Shown here: in pieces, positions 54,076-64,000 of the stretch | How the letters are laid out: each line of letters starts with the position of its first letter | How positions within the stretch are numbered: position 1 is the first letter of the stretch | Assembly: GCA_002811645.1 (NCBI GenBank) | Contig: PDIP01000028.1 | Coordinates: 124,001 to 188,000, forward strand | Source of the DNA: Corallochytrium limacisporum Hawaii | Taxonomy: Eukaryota; Protista; Pluriformea | Length of the DNA: 64,000 nucleotides | Reading direction: 5' to 3' | Translations under genes and position numbers: made by a program | Notes under the pieces: model-generated | What the model was told of the DNA's origin: nothing | What the model saw: only the letters and a program-made list of their open reading frames with translations | Databases searched by the model: none

Positions 54076-57000
54076 ATGGAAGCTGCAGGAGCCATAACGG
54101 GTGTCGGCAACACCCAAAACGACCGCAAACATGCGTTTGAATGGCATACCTATGCTAAATGGTCCTACTGTGGGGTATGTTCGAAACTGATGTGGGGATT
54201 CCACCGACAGGGCTTGAAATGTAAGGAATGTGGACTTGACGTTCACGACCACTGTGTAAGACTTGTGCCAAAGTGTCTTGGAGCAGATGTAGTGGCCAAT
54301 ATGGGAAACCTCAGAGACAGAAAGGCAGCTGCTATCCAAACTTTACGCAGCCAAGAGTTCCGGGACGTCGCGGTCACCATTGTGAGTGCAGCCAACTTGG
54401 CAAAGAAGCAAATGTTCCATACCCCTGACCCGTTCGCGGTGCTTGACGTGGATGGAAAGATCACTGAGACCCCTCCTTGCATACGTACGCACAGTCCGGT
54501 ATGGAACTTTAAGCAGATAGTGGCCATCAAAGAGGATTCAACGATAATCATCCACATCTACGACAATAAGAAGAAGATTAACGGTGGCAAAGACGATGGC
54601 TTCTTAGGTATGGTGGCTGTGCCCTTCACTGCATTCTCACAGATGAGTCTCCAGTCTGGTGCGACGATTGCCTTTCGGTTGAAGAAACGGACAGCGAATG
54701 ACACGGTTACTGGTATGGTCGTGCTCAAGATGAAGTATACTGGTACCGCAAAGAAACAAGCCACTGGGTTGGAAAGGATTGTCAAGTCACAGATTATTAC
54801 GACCGGGCGAAGGAACCGCCATGTGAGCATGTCTGGCCTGGGCGATAGTTTAAGCAAAGAAGACGAAGATCCACGAACTCCACGCGATGACATTAATGTG
54901 CACCACCTAACCGTGGTGGACGAGAATGTCATAGATGAACACCTTGAAGCTGATGCCCTCGACATGGATGACCAAGAGTACGCAATTAGCCTGTCAAAAC
55001 TGGGAACGAGTCCTGGTGCGCGTAGCTACATCAATCCAGATTTCGAAGTGAGGTTACGCGATATTGCTGCGGAACAAGACGTCAACCTGCCGGCAGGATG
55101 GAAAGAAGAGGTTGATGACACGGGCCGGACTTACTACGCCAATCCAAAGAACCGTGAAAGCTCTTACACGGTACCTACCACAGAGCTCAAGACAAGGACG
55201 TACAAGAGCCATAGGCCTGAAATTCTTGCTCAGGCGGCCAAGGCGGGGGAGGAGAAGCTTACACATGAACACATGCCTGACTCCGCGCTTCGAGGTCAAC
55301 ACTCGCGCCAGGGATCTCTGAGTTCGATAGATGCCAGAGAGCTTCAAGGACCGAGCCATTTGGTGCCAATGGTCCTTCCTGCACCGGAAGCAAAGACTCT
55401 CGAGGGCGACGGCATTGTTGTGCGCTGGTTGCACCCTCATTTCGTAGGAGAGGAGAATGGCAAAGCCAAGGATGTGGTGACTCCGCAGATGCAGAACCTC
55501 GAGTACACTGTGTATGTTTGGCAGGAAAATGAATTGGAGTCGGATCTGGATATTGTCTACAAGGGACAGGACACAGAGCATCTCATCAAAGGGTTGGTAC
55601 CGGAGCGTCCTTATCAGTTCGTAGTGAGCGTCAAGAACAACTACGGAGTGTCTGATCTGAGCCCCCCTTGCACACAAGTGGTGGCTCCGAAACGTAAATC
55701 ACGCAAGGAGAAGGAAGCAGAGAAGCGGGCGGCCCAGGCAGAGCACGATAATCGTCCACATTGCCCGTTCATGATGGCTGGATTCTGCAGGTATGGCAAT
55801 CGCTGCCGATACAGTCACGGGGCCGGCTTGCAGACTGAAGACGATGTGATGGTTGCGCTCATGGCGGCGTCCCTCAACGAGGATCCCAATGCGGGATATG
55901 CCGCTGCCATTGCAGCATCTCTGATGGATCAACAGAAACGCAAGGCACCCATCAATGCGGAACATATGAGCACGTTTCAACGTCATCTGCACAAGAAGGT
56001 GTCGCGATTCCGCAAGGACCTACCGAGGAAGAAGGGAGAGGTGCACATAACCATTGACCGGGAGAACGTCGTCGAGAGCTCGTTGAAGCAATTGACGGAG
56101 ACATCCACAAAAGAGCTGCGTAAGCGTCTGTTTATTCATTTCAGCAACGAGGGAGGCCTTGATTACGGTGGTTTGGCACGTGAGTGGTTGTACCTTCTCA
56201 GCCAAGAACTCTTTACACCGTTCTACGGGCTGTTTGAGTACAGCAAAAGCGACAACTATACGCTGGAGATCAATCCCAACTCAATTCTCAACAAGGACTG
56301 TGTGCCTTACTTCACCTTCATCGGCTGGATCCTAGGTATTTGCATTCTTCATGGTCAATTCATTGATGCGGCCTTTGTGAAGCCTTTGTACAAGCGTATG
56401 CTGGGCAAGCCCATCGAACTAGCAGACCTGCAGAACGTGGACCCTTCCTTCCACTCCTCCTTGTTGTGGATTCTGGACAACAGCATAGAGGGTGTGCTGG
56501 AGCTTACCTTCTCCGTAGATGCGGATCAGTTTGGTGAGGTAGATACTGTGGATCTTGTGCCGAACGGTCGGAGCATACCCGTGACTGATCAGAATAAGGC
56601 AGAGTTTGTCAGTCGTGTTGTGCAGTGGCGGGCCACCCGCAACACAGAGAAACAATTTGATGCTATGATGACTGGTCTAAAAAGATTCGTGCCACCGGAT
56701 TCACTAACGAGTTTTGATGAAAAAGAGTTGGAGATTCTCTTATGTGGCCTGCGGAAGTACGATCTGGACGACTGGAAGAAGCATACCGAGTATAAGGGCT
56801 TTGAGCCAGAGGATGCAATCGTCAAGTGGCTGTGGGAACTACTTGAGGAATTCGGACGCGACGAGCAAGGTAGATTCCTTCAGTTTGTGACCGGCACGTC
56901 TCGGGTACCCTTAGAGGGCTTCCAGGCACTCGCTGGCAGTGATGATCGCCAAAAGTTCTGTATCCAGAAGCTTGAAGGGGCCACGGACCGGTTACCGGGG

Positions 57001-57111
57001 AGCCATACGTGCTTCAACCGTTTCGACTTGCCTGAATACGGCAGCAAGGAAGAGCTCAAGGAAAAGCTTGGCAAGGCAATGGATGGCTTTGAAGGCTTTG
57101 TGGACGAATGA
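54076..57111 (+). CDS. Nedd4/Smurf-family HECT E3 ligase with C1-C2-WW-FN3-CCCH-UIM-HECT architecture
   Basis: C1 (54130-54276); C2 (PDPFAV, GFLG); WW (LPAGW..GRTYYAN); FN3 (YQFVVSVKNNYGVS); CX7CX5CX3H; AIAASL; HECT (GLDYGGLAREW, FLQFVTG, SHTCFN). Confidence 0.93.
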   Translation: MEAAGAITGVGNTQNDRKHAFEWHTYAKWSYCGVCSKLMWGFHRQGLKCKECGLDVHDHCVRLVPKCLGADVVANMGNLRDRKAAAIQTLRSQEFRDVAVTIVSAANLAKKQMFHTPDPFAVLDVDGKITETPPCIRTHSPVWNFKQIVAIKEDSTIIIHIYDNKKKINGGKDDGFLGMVAVPFTAFSQMSLQSGATIAFRLKKRTANDTVTGMVVLKMKYTGTAKKQATGLERIVKSQIITTGRRNRHVSMSGLGDSLSKEDEDPRTPRDDINVHHLTVVDENVIDEHLEADALDMDDQEYAISLSKLGTSPGARSYINPDFEVRLRDIAAEQDVNLPAGWKEEVDDTGRTYYANPKNRESSYTVPTTELKTRTYKSHRPEILAQAAKAGEEKLTHEHMPDSALRGQHSRQGSLSSIDARELQGPSHLVPMVLPAPEAKTLEGDGIVVRWLHPHFVGEENGKAKDVVTPQMQNLEYTVYVWQENELESDLDIVYKGQDTEHLIKGLVPERPYQFVVSVKNNYGVSDLSPPCTQVVAPKRKSRKEKEAEKRAAQAEHDNRPHCPFMMAGFCRYGNRCRYSHGAGLQTEDDVMVALMAASLNEDPNAGYAAAIAASLMDQQKRKAPINAEHMSTFQRHLHKKVSRFRKDLPRKKGEVHITIDRENVVESSLKQLTETSTKELRKRLFIHFSNEGGLDYGGLAREWLYLLSQELFTPFYGLFEYSKSDNYTLEINPNSILNKDCVPYFTFIGWILGICILHGQFIDAAFVKPLYKRMLGKPIELADLQNVDPSFHSSLLWILDNSIEGVLELTFSVDADQFGEVDTVDLVPNGRSIPVTDQNKAEFVSRVVQWRATRNTEKQFDAMMTGLKRFVPPDSLTSFDEKELEILLCGLRKYDLDDWKKHTEYKGFEPEDAIVKWLWELLEEFGRDEQGRFLQFVTGTSRVPLEGFQALAGSDDRQKFCIQKLEGATDRLPGSHTCFNRFDLPEYGSKEELKEKLGKAMDGFEGFVDE

Positions 57112-57289
57112 AACCACTAGGAATAGAGCTCCCCTGTTGCATCTTGTACGGCTTGAGTAGTTTCAGTTTAGTTTCTATTATATTTATAATCGGCTTGTAT
57201 CACTGTTGAATTGAATTTAGTTGTACAAATTTTATGTGATCAGCTTCAGATGTCGCTTGTCGACTGGTCATCAACGCAGCTGACAATAG

Positions 57290-60200
57290 CTATCCGAAGA
57301 TGGGTGACCCCTCCTTAATGGGTAGTCCAGTCTCGGGATGCTGCCTGGGATCGCTCTCAACATCGAGCATGACCATGCCCGGTGCCACATTATTCGGCGC
57401 GTTGGTAACTGACCGGAGATTCAGTCCAACCATGCGGATGCGCAGATCTTCCACCTGAGTTGTCTTCAGCCACGGCGTGTTCACTTGGACGGTAGTGGAC
57501 TCTGACGGCAGCAGTGTCACGCAGTTATCAGACCAGAAGACGGGTAGGAGACGACATTGGTCGCGGTACCAGAGCTGCGCCTGCACGCACATCAGCGGGT
57601 ACTTCTCGGAAGAGTTTGAAAATGTCACGATAAGAGGAGGACAATCCGACGGATGTGGGTTGCTGCTGAAGTTTGGTCTCACCAGTGGCCGCATCACGGA
57701 CACAGTCATATCGCATTTGGGCATCTTGGCGAAGACACTGAGGTCGATATTCTCTTTGCCAGAGCCAATACCACGGTGCCAGTAGACATTGCGTGACAGG
57801 AGGAACTGGGTCGTGTCGACATCAGTTGGCTTCGCATTGGCCCGCAATTCGAGGCAAACTACAACTGCATCCTTCAGACGCCTCCAGACGTTGCCTTCAT
57901 CATCCTCAGATCCAGTTTTTACTGCACGCAGGGTCGACATGGGACCAGAAGGGAGGGGCAGGTTCTGCCATGTGAACGTCTCAAGCTGTTGTGTCCCTAC
58001 AAACAAGCGCTTGACGATAAGGTCTAGCGTAGACGCCTCCGATACCTCACGATGCGCAATTACAGATATGCTGTAGTCGTCTTCATTCAGCATGACATGC
58101 ACTGGTTCACAGGCCTTCCGAGTGGCGTACAATGCAGCACAAGGCTCCATATCGTGATGGTATAGCTGCCACACGAAAGATGGTTGCGCTGGGTTTGACA
58201 TCCACACAAAAACTCCACGGCATGGATCGTTTAGCGCGGCCAGACGACCCTCGAACAGGGCTCGGTGGCTCTCGTAGCAAGCGACAGAGCCCTTCAACGC
58301 AAAATCACGTGCATTGCGGAACTCTCCGTAACGCTGTGCCAAGTCTGCCGGGAAGGTGTCGCCGCGGGAAGCGCCCCGGGCCAGGTCGCGGTGCGCCCAT
58401 GCATCAGTGATAGCGTTCAGGTCCAGATCGGTGTCAGGGAGCATGCCACGAATGCTCTGCCACGAGGGGATGCTCACGCTGCCGATTTCGCTTTTGGTAA
58501 TCTCGTTCTCAGAGTCAAAGTGGTAGTAGGCCTGTGGTGGTCGCCAACAATATGGCCCTCCGCTCTGAACACCGAGGCTCGGTGGTGGAGAAGTCGCCAT
58601 TTGAGCTCGTGGGTGCTGCGGTGGGGGTGCCCCAGGTTTCCCGCTCGACGAGACATATGGCGTCCCCGTAGCCCCGAAGGTAGCCACAATGCGCCGGAGA
58701 CCATCGTCAAGAAGCGGAGGTGGATAGCCCTCGTTCCGTCCGCAATACAAGAGTACGCACGGGTGGCCACCGAAACGCATAACTTTCGAGCGTGCATTGT
58801 CGAGATAGATGTCGGACCTGAGCGGATCGGGACCATCCGAAGGGTTTGGTTGAAAGAACTCGTCCCAGAGCAGCAGACCGTGCCGATCGCAGGCATCGTA
58901 AAGTGCTTCACTTGTGCTCTGTCCAACCCAGTTACGGATGAGATTCAGCCCAGCGTGGACATGGTAAGCGACCCGCTGATCAATGGCCGCACCGAAGATC
59001 CGTTTCAGCCCTTCGTCCATGCCCCAGTTGCCACCGCGCAGAAAGAGCGGCACGCCGTTAATGCTCACGGCGAGGGGCCCATCCCCAAGCTCTCCAGATC
59101 CACCAACGCTGTAGTGAAACTTGCGTACGCCGAAGACCACGCTGCACGGATTTGTAAGGACCTTGGGAACCCTATGGAGGCTACCAATTCCACCACGTCT
59201 GGCTGGAGGAAGCTGTAATTGGACTGTTAGCCGGTAGAGCGGCTGGCTCCCGAGGTCATGAGTCCACCACAGCCGCGGATGCTTCATAAGCAATGCATTG
59301 GCACAACCAGTTGATCGACTGTTAAGGCGCAAGTGGACTACCGGGGATGTGTCGGATGGTAACTCAGTCTTGGGGTCTAGGCGGTAGCGGAAGGTACCCA
59401 CTGGAGAAGTGGGATCTGCCTCGGTGGTGATGATCCCAACGAGATCCAATGGATGAGGGTCACCATCAGTTCTGCGCAATTGCGTCAGCTGTAGTCGAAC
59501 CTCTAGTTCCGCTGCTAGTGGCAGATCAACTTCACTGGATTCAGTAATGTCATCCTTGTGATTCTTACCATTCCATTCTGGACCTAATCTGTGCTTTTCT
59601 GGCTTCCGCAAGGCCAGTGTACTCAACCGCACTGCATCTATGGCGTACCGCACGTGTTTGTCGCTCTTGGCGGTGTGAATCTCAACTCGAACAGGCTGCC
59701 AGATTCCAGTGTTACGGTCGTGAATAGCAGTCAACCAGTCCCATCCAATACTGCACAGAAACGTCGGGCCGTCTTTCGCCGTGTCGCCGCCATTGCGTCC
59801 CATACCATCACGGATCGTGTGTCGATGGGGAACTCCAGGGTTGGGCTGTGGCGAAACTTTGAGAAGAATGCTAACTGTGTCATCAGTGTCATCGTCCATA
59901 TTATGGCTATGGTAGTTTCTGCGTCGCCAATAGAACTTTCTCTCCTTGAAAGCTCCGACTGTAGAACCGATTCCTTGTCCATTTACAACAAACTGTCCTT
60001 CGTAGTTAATGCCCTCGAATATGAACGTAAGTCCTGTTACGTCGTTAGGATCTGTATTGGGATCCAAATCTCGAATGCGAAATGTTTTTGCGTAGGTCCA
60101 TGACTGTCTGCAAATGCTATCTGGAATGCGATCGTTGTTGTAGCCAACTAACGGTTCGTCGTAGACACCATTGACTACCAACGTGTGTAGGACGGTACCT

Positions 60201-60364
60201 GGTACGGCGGCTGGTATCCAATCGTCATTGTACTGTAGTTTCCATCCATCACAGAAATCTACTGTATTTGTCACATCTATGATACGCACACTGTTGTTGT
60301 CACCATTTGGCTCAGAGCCATCTTTGCGCCAGCACAGCGCTGAAAGGCAACCACGGCCGAACAT
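57290..60364 (-). CDS. Glycoside hydrolase family 2 (exo-beta-glucosaminidase / beta-mannosidase-like)
   Basis: AVPGTV, FEGINY, GWDW, NTGIWQPV, FGVR, RGGNW, IRNWVG, CDRHGLLLWDEF, YCGRNE, SEIG. Confidence 0.9.
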   Translation of the reverse strand: MFGRGCLSALCWRKDGSEPNGDNNSVRIIDVTNTVDFCDGWKLQYNDDWIPAAVPGTVLHTLVVNGVYDEPLVGYNNDRIPDSICRQSWTYAKTFRIRDLDPNTDPNDVTGLTFIFEGINYEGQFVVNGQGIGSTVGAFKERKFYWRRRNYHSHNMDDDTDDTVSILLKVSPQPNPGVPHRHTIRDGMGRNGGDTAKDGPTFLCSIGWDWLTAIHDRNTGIWQPVRVEIHTAKSDKHVRYAIDAVRLSTLALRKPEKHRLGPEWNGKNHKDDITESSEVDLPLAAELEVRLQLTQLRRTDGDPHPLDLVGIITTEADPTSPVGTFRYRLDPKTELPSDTSPVVHLRLNSRSTGCANALLMKHPRLWWTHDLGSQPLYRLTVQLQLPPARRGGIGSLHRVPKVLTNPCSVVFGVRKFHYSVGGSGELGDGPLAVSINGVPLFLRGGNWGMDEGLKRIFGAAIDQRVAYHVHAGLNLIRNWVGQSTSEALYDACDRHGLLLWDEFFQPNPSDGPDPLRSDIYLDNARSKVMRFGGHPCVLLYCGRNEGYPPPLLDDGLRRIVATFGATGTPYVSSSGKPGAPPPQHPRAQMATSPPPSLGVQSGGPYCWRPPQAYYHFDSENEITKSEIGSVSIPSWQSIRGMLPDTDLDLNAITDAWAHRDLARGASRGDTFPADLAQRYGEFRNARDFALKGSVACYESHRALFEGRLAALNDPCRGVFVWMSNPAQPSFVWQLYHHDMEPCAALYATRKACEPVHVMLNEDDYSISVIAHREVSEASTLDLIVKRLFVGTQQLETFTWQNLPLPSGPMSTLRAVKTGSEDDEGNVWRRLKDAVVVCLELRANAKPTDVDTTQFLLSRNVYWHRGIGSGKENIDLSVFAKMPKCDMTVSVMRPLVRPNFSSNPHPSDCPPLIVTFSNSSEKYPLMCVQAQLWYRDQCRLLPVFWSDNCVTLLPSESTTVQVNTPWLKTTQVEDLRIRMVGLNLRSVTNAPNNVAPGMVMLDVESDPRQHPETGLPIKEGSPIFG

Positions 60365-62683
60365 AAGGTCAGGAACCAGCGAGATGCAAACCCGGTGCTG
60401 TAGTTCTCAGTCCATGAAGCACTAGATCTCGTCTGCGGGTGGTTTCGTGTCTCAGACTAGCATTGCCTGAAAAACGTAGAATCGTGACAGACATGGCAAG
60501 CGAAAAGACCGATGTTGCTCCACTACAAAGGAGCCTGTCACATCGCTTCGCATTCGAACGATCGAGGGTTCCTGGCAGGCAACTTTGCCCACCGGTTCTC
60601 AATGAGCCTGGGCCTTCGCGTACCCTAACCCAAATCTACCCCACCCATCATCAGCCACAGATACTCTCTCTCTCTCTGTCCAGCTCCTGGGTGTTGCGGG
60701 GGTTTCAATAAACGGGGGCCTAATTTATGTTCCGTTAACTCAAACTGATCAATTCCCTCTGCCCCCCAAGCAACTGGGGGGATTAGCAATGGCTCCTTGA
60801 GTACTTCTTCTATGAGGCGACACAAAATCCTTGCGACATGGCTCACATCGAAGGAAGTAGTAGAAGGGAAACAAAATGCGCATTCAGTCCAAAGAGAGAG
60901 AAGGTCGAGAAAAATACTTTAGGCCCCCCCCTCTGCACAAGCGGCACAGGCCGGCCTAATGTCGGGTCCCGGGAGTCCAATTTGTCATTTGATTTTTGGT
61001 ATGTTTTCTTTTTGATCCACATTGGGAAGATATATAAGTATAGTACCATCTATTGAAGCATGTATATAGTAACCGGAAAACCTATAGGCAGCGTCTGTTT
61101 TGATGATGATCCTGACGACACCCTTCGTGCCTGAGATGAGTGTGCACTCTGTGCGAATACCTCGGGAATCATAGCAAACCCTGCCGATCACCTACTTTTT
61201 CATCGGGTAGTAACGCGCTCTCGACACTCACTTCTGGTTGATTGGGTACTGAAAGTCGAATATCGGGAAACTGCGTGCGCTCTTTTGGAACGAAAGACGT
61301 GGCCTTCGTCGCTTGTCCACGTACCACACAAAACACACAGTTTGACGTTTCAGGAGCGCATACGTAGACCGGCCGAAGCAGGGATTAGCTTGCTCTGCGC
61401 GCACCGCCCAGTAGCGGTACAATTACGCGCCCGCCTACTTGTGTGGGTACTTTACTCATCAAATTTCGACTCTCCGCATCGCCCGTCGATCGATGCCATT
61501 CCCTGGAGCACAGGAACTGGCCAAGGGGCAGAGGATGCGAAGAAGACGAAAGAAGCTGCCTGAACTACGTAGTGTACGAAGTTCGAGGTAGACGCCTACA
61601 TGCTACCATCACAGTCACATCATGCACAGGCGACACGCACAGAAGTGCACACAAAACACATCCCACGGCTGATCGAGCACAGAAGGTACAGTGGGGCTGG
61701 GACGGCGCAAGCTTTTTCACAGAACAGCGCGCAACCAAAACTGACAATCAACTTTTAGTATCAACACTACAGGACACTGACGAAGCTTTTCCACCGGCTC
61801 CCATTCGCTTCCGTTTCCAAAGCGAAACCGAATTTCAAACGGAGCCGTACCTAGAAAGAAGAGACGAAGCTCACGATTTCATTTTCTTGCGCTCTGTGGC
61901 AAAGTAGAAAAAGAGCAACCCCCCCCCCGGCGCTCTCTCCTCCCGCTCCGCACAGCAGCGGAAAAATTCCACCTTTTTCCCGGAGGTCCGTAAAGGACGC
62001 AACGTCTGTTGTCCACCCACCTACACTTAATCCATTATTCCATCCACGCATTTATCAAACCAACCATGTCGTAACCATTCAACCCACAGTATTTCTGTTT
62101 CTTTCTTTCTCGCGTCCGTAGACAGGCGGTGCATTAAACCGTTCGTCGCGTTAGGTGGGCATGTGTGAGTTCTTCGCTCTGATTTGTTTCGTGAGCTTCC
62201 AATCCTCATACTTTATCCAAAGCTCTCCTTGGGTCCGGTCTGTGGTTCTGTGGTGGCGACGACAGCCGTGCCCTCGTTGATTTGATCTATCAATATTGGT
62301 CGCACACTGGTACTGACAGTCTTACAAGCCAGCATTGGATGGATGGATTGTGATGATGATCAGCCATTGTCAAAGGACACGGGGAACTAAGGCTATAACG
62401 GGTGCTGCGCAGTCGTGCCTCGAACCGTTTTAGGACACGATACTCCCCTCAGCACGGGCCGGTAAACCCCTATCAAAAACCAATTTGGTTCAAGCATTCC
62501 CGGGGTCAATTTTTCGTTTCCGTCCCGTGAGAACGGGGTTTGACAAGGAATTCGATAGTGGAACTATTGTACAATTTCCGGCAAGCGATGTGGATTTGAA
62601 ACCTCTCTGAAACTGTTTCTGCGTTCTCGATGCGGTTTGCCCTTGCGCAGTAGGCAGTGTTTGTAGTTGTTGGTTGTCCCTGA

Positions 62684-62712
62684 GAGCGAGGGAGCGAGCG
62701 AGGGAGCGAGCG
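62684..62712. repeat. Short GA-rich tandem repeat (GAGCGAGGGAGC, about 2.4 copies)
   Basis: Seen directly. Confidence 0.7.
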
Positions 62713-64000
62713 CGCGAGTTTACAGGCACTCCTCCAAAACAAATTCTTAGTTGTTCGACATGAACAGTTTTGGATGACTCCCAGCATTCTTGGGCGCTTA
62801 TCGTGCGATTGTCTTCCACTACGAAGAATGCGAATAACGTGGCGGCATCAACAGTGGGTAGAGACGGGTGCACTACCGCAACACTATACGTTCGTCCTTA
62901 ACTCACAACCTCTCGGTTTGCGTGCTTCATTCGACGCACCCTTTGGATGCGGCCAGTTTCCAATTTGGGATTCACTGATGAAGCGGCCGTGCATGCATAC
63001 CAGTGAGAATCAAGGGGCCCAAGACGGAGCAATTGTTGTGAATGAGTAGCAAAAGTGGACACGTTCGACCATTAATCTCATCACGCCTTTACTACTGCAT
63101 CTCCGCAACTGACTCTGCTCTATGTCACAATTTTACCACCCCAGAATCTGCCTGATCTTCCCATTCTTGTTGTGTGACATGCAACAACAATGGAGTCAGC
63201 ATGCTTGTGTTCATATTGATCGAGGCGCACCGAGAACACTTTCTGACTGAGCGCAACTATAGCGATGCATTCTCAGCACTCATGCAATCACCAGCTGATC
63301 TATGTATCTGGGCATGGTGTGCCGGGGTATCAGTTAGGGCTACGTCCCTGTTCCCCATGCATTATTTCCTTTGCCATTCTAGTTGATGATGGTCAAGAGC
63401 GTATCGGTAAGCAAACTAACGAAGATAATACTTAAAGATCAAGGTTCGGTTTGTGTGTTTGTGTGGACTAGACTGGGTTTGTTGTTTTTGATAGCGATGA
63501 CGGTAGATGAATCCCTTTGATGCGCGGTGATGGCCACCGTACCCAATTGGAGCACGCTGGAATGGAAAACACCACAGATATGGGGCCTAATCCAGTGGAG
63601 ACATGTGGGACCCAAGGATGGATGGCCGCGCTACGCACTGGGACGTCTACCAACAGCGGAGCAATGTGCCCGCCAGGAGGTCGAACAACGACTGCAGAGC
63701 CTGCCGAGAATGATCCGCGGACAGTTCTTCCTCAGGCCACTAGTTGTTGATATGTGTCAAATACGTGCTTGGATGTTCTGGTGCTGTCGCTTTGTGAGTG
63801 GCACTGCTAGTTCTCATCGATCATCAACATACCCACAGTCGAAAACTGGATACCAGCCGTTGGTGTTATGCGCTCAAGACATGTGAGCGATTCGTTGTTG
63901 ATGGTTGCAAATGATGCGATTGGGGCATCATGGCGAACAGGAACCGAGCCATGGAATCAACTAGCCCGTGTGTGCATGGCCGAAGATGGCAGACAGGGAG

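Noticed and set aside
62381-62455. Potential pseudoknot resembling an HDV-like ribozyme
   Set aside because: Stems are short, and P4 and the catalytic J4/2 strand are missing.
60400-64000. Short ORFs at the end of the window
   Set aside because: No recognisable domains; more likely promoter or UTR sequence of GH2 and a gene beyond the window.

Overview
Gene-dense eukaryotic DNA with 26 protein-coding genes, each reading as one uninterrupted ORF, plus a 785-nt assembly gap (24492-25276). Genes almost strictly alternate strand. Convergent 3' gaps are mostly 75-180 bp, and divergent promoter regions are full of C/G homopolymers and C(n)G(n) palindromes. Animal-like genes (CDC42SE, LAMTOR1, TXNL1, torsin-like ATPase, classical PTP, Nedd4/Smurf-type HECT) in an intron-free layout suggest a unicellular holozoan such as Corallochytrium; this is inference only. 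The best candidate for an undescribed system is an 8-TM microbial rhodopsin fused to a class III cyclase (1052-2947, minus). It has an intact retinal pocket but a half-degenerate catalytic site, which implies an obligate heterodimer or a non-catalytic light switch. Also notable: an IRP2-like pseudo-aconitase, a C1-C2-WW-FN3-CCCH-UIM-HECT ligase, an ER-luminal torsin-like ATPase, and bacterial-type GST and GH2 genes. No tRNA, rRNA, CRISPR array or transposon was recognised. All family assignments and reference residue numbers come from remembered motifs, not database searches.
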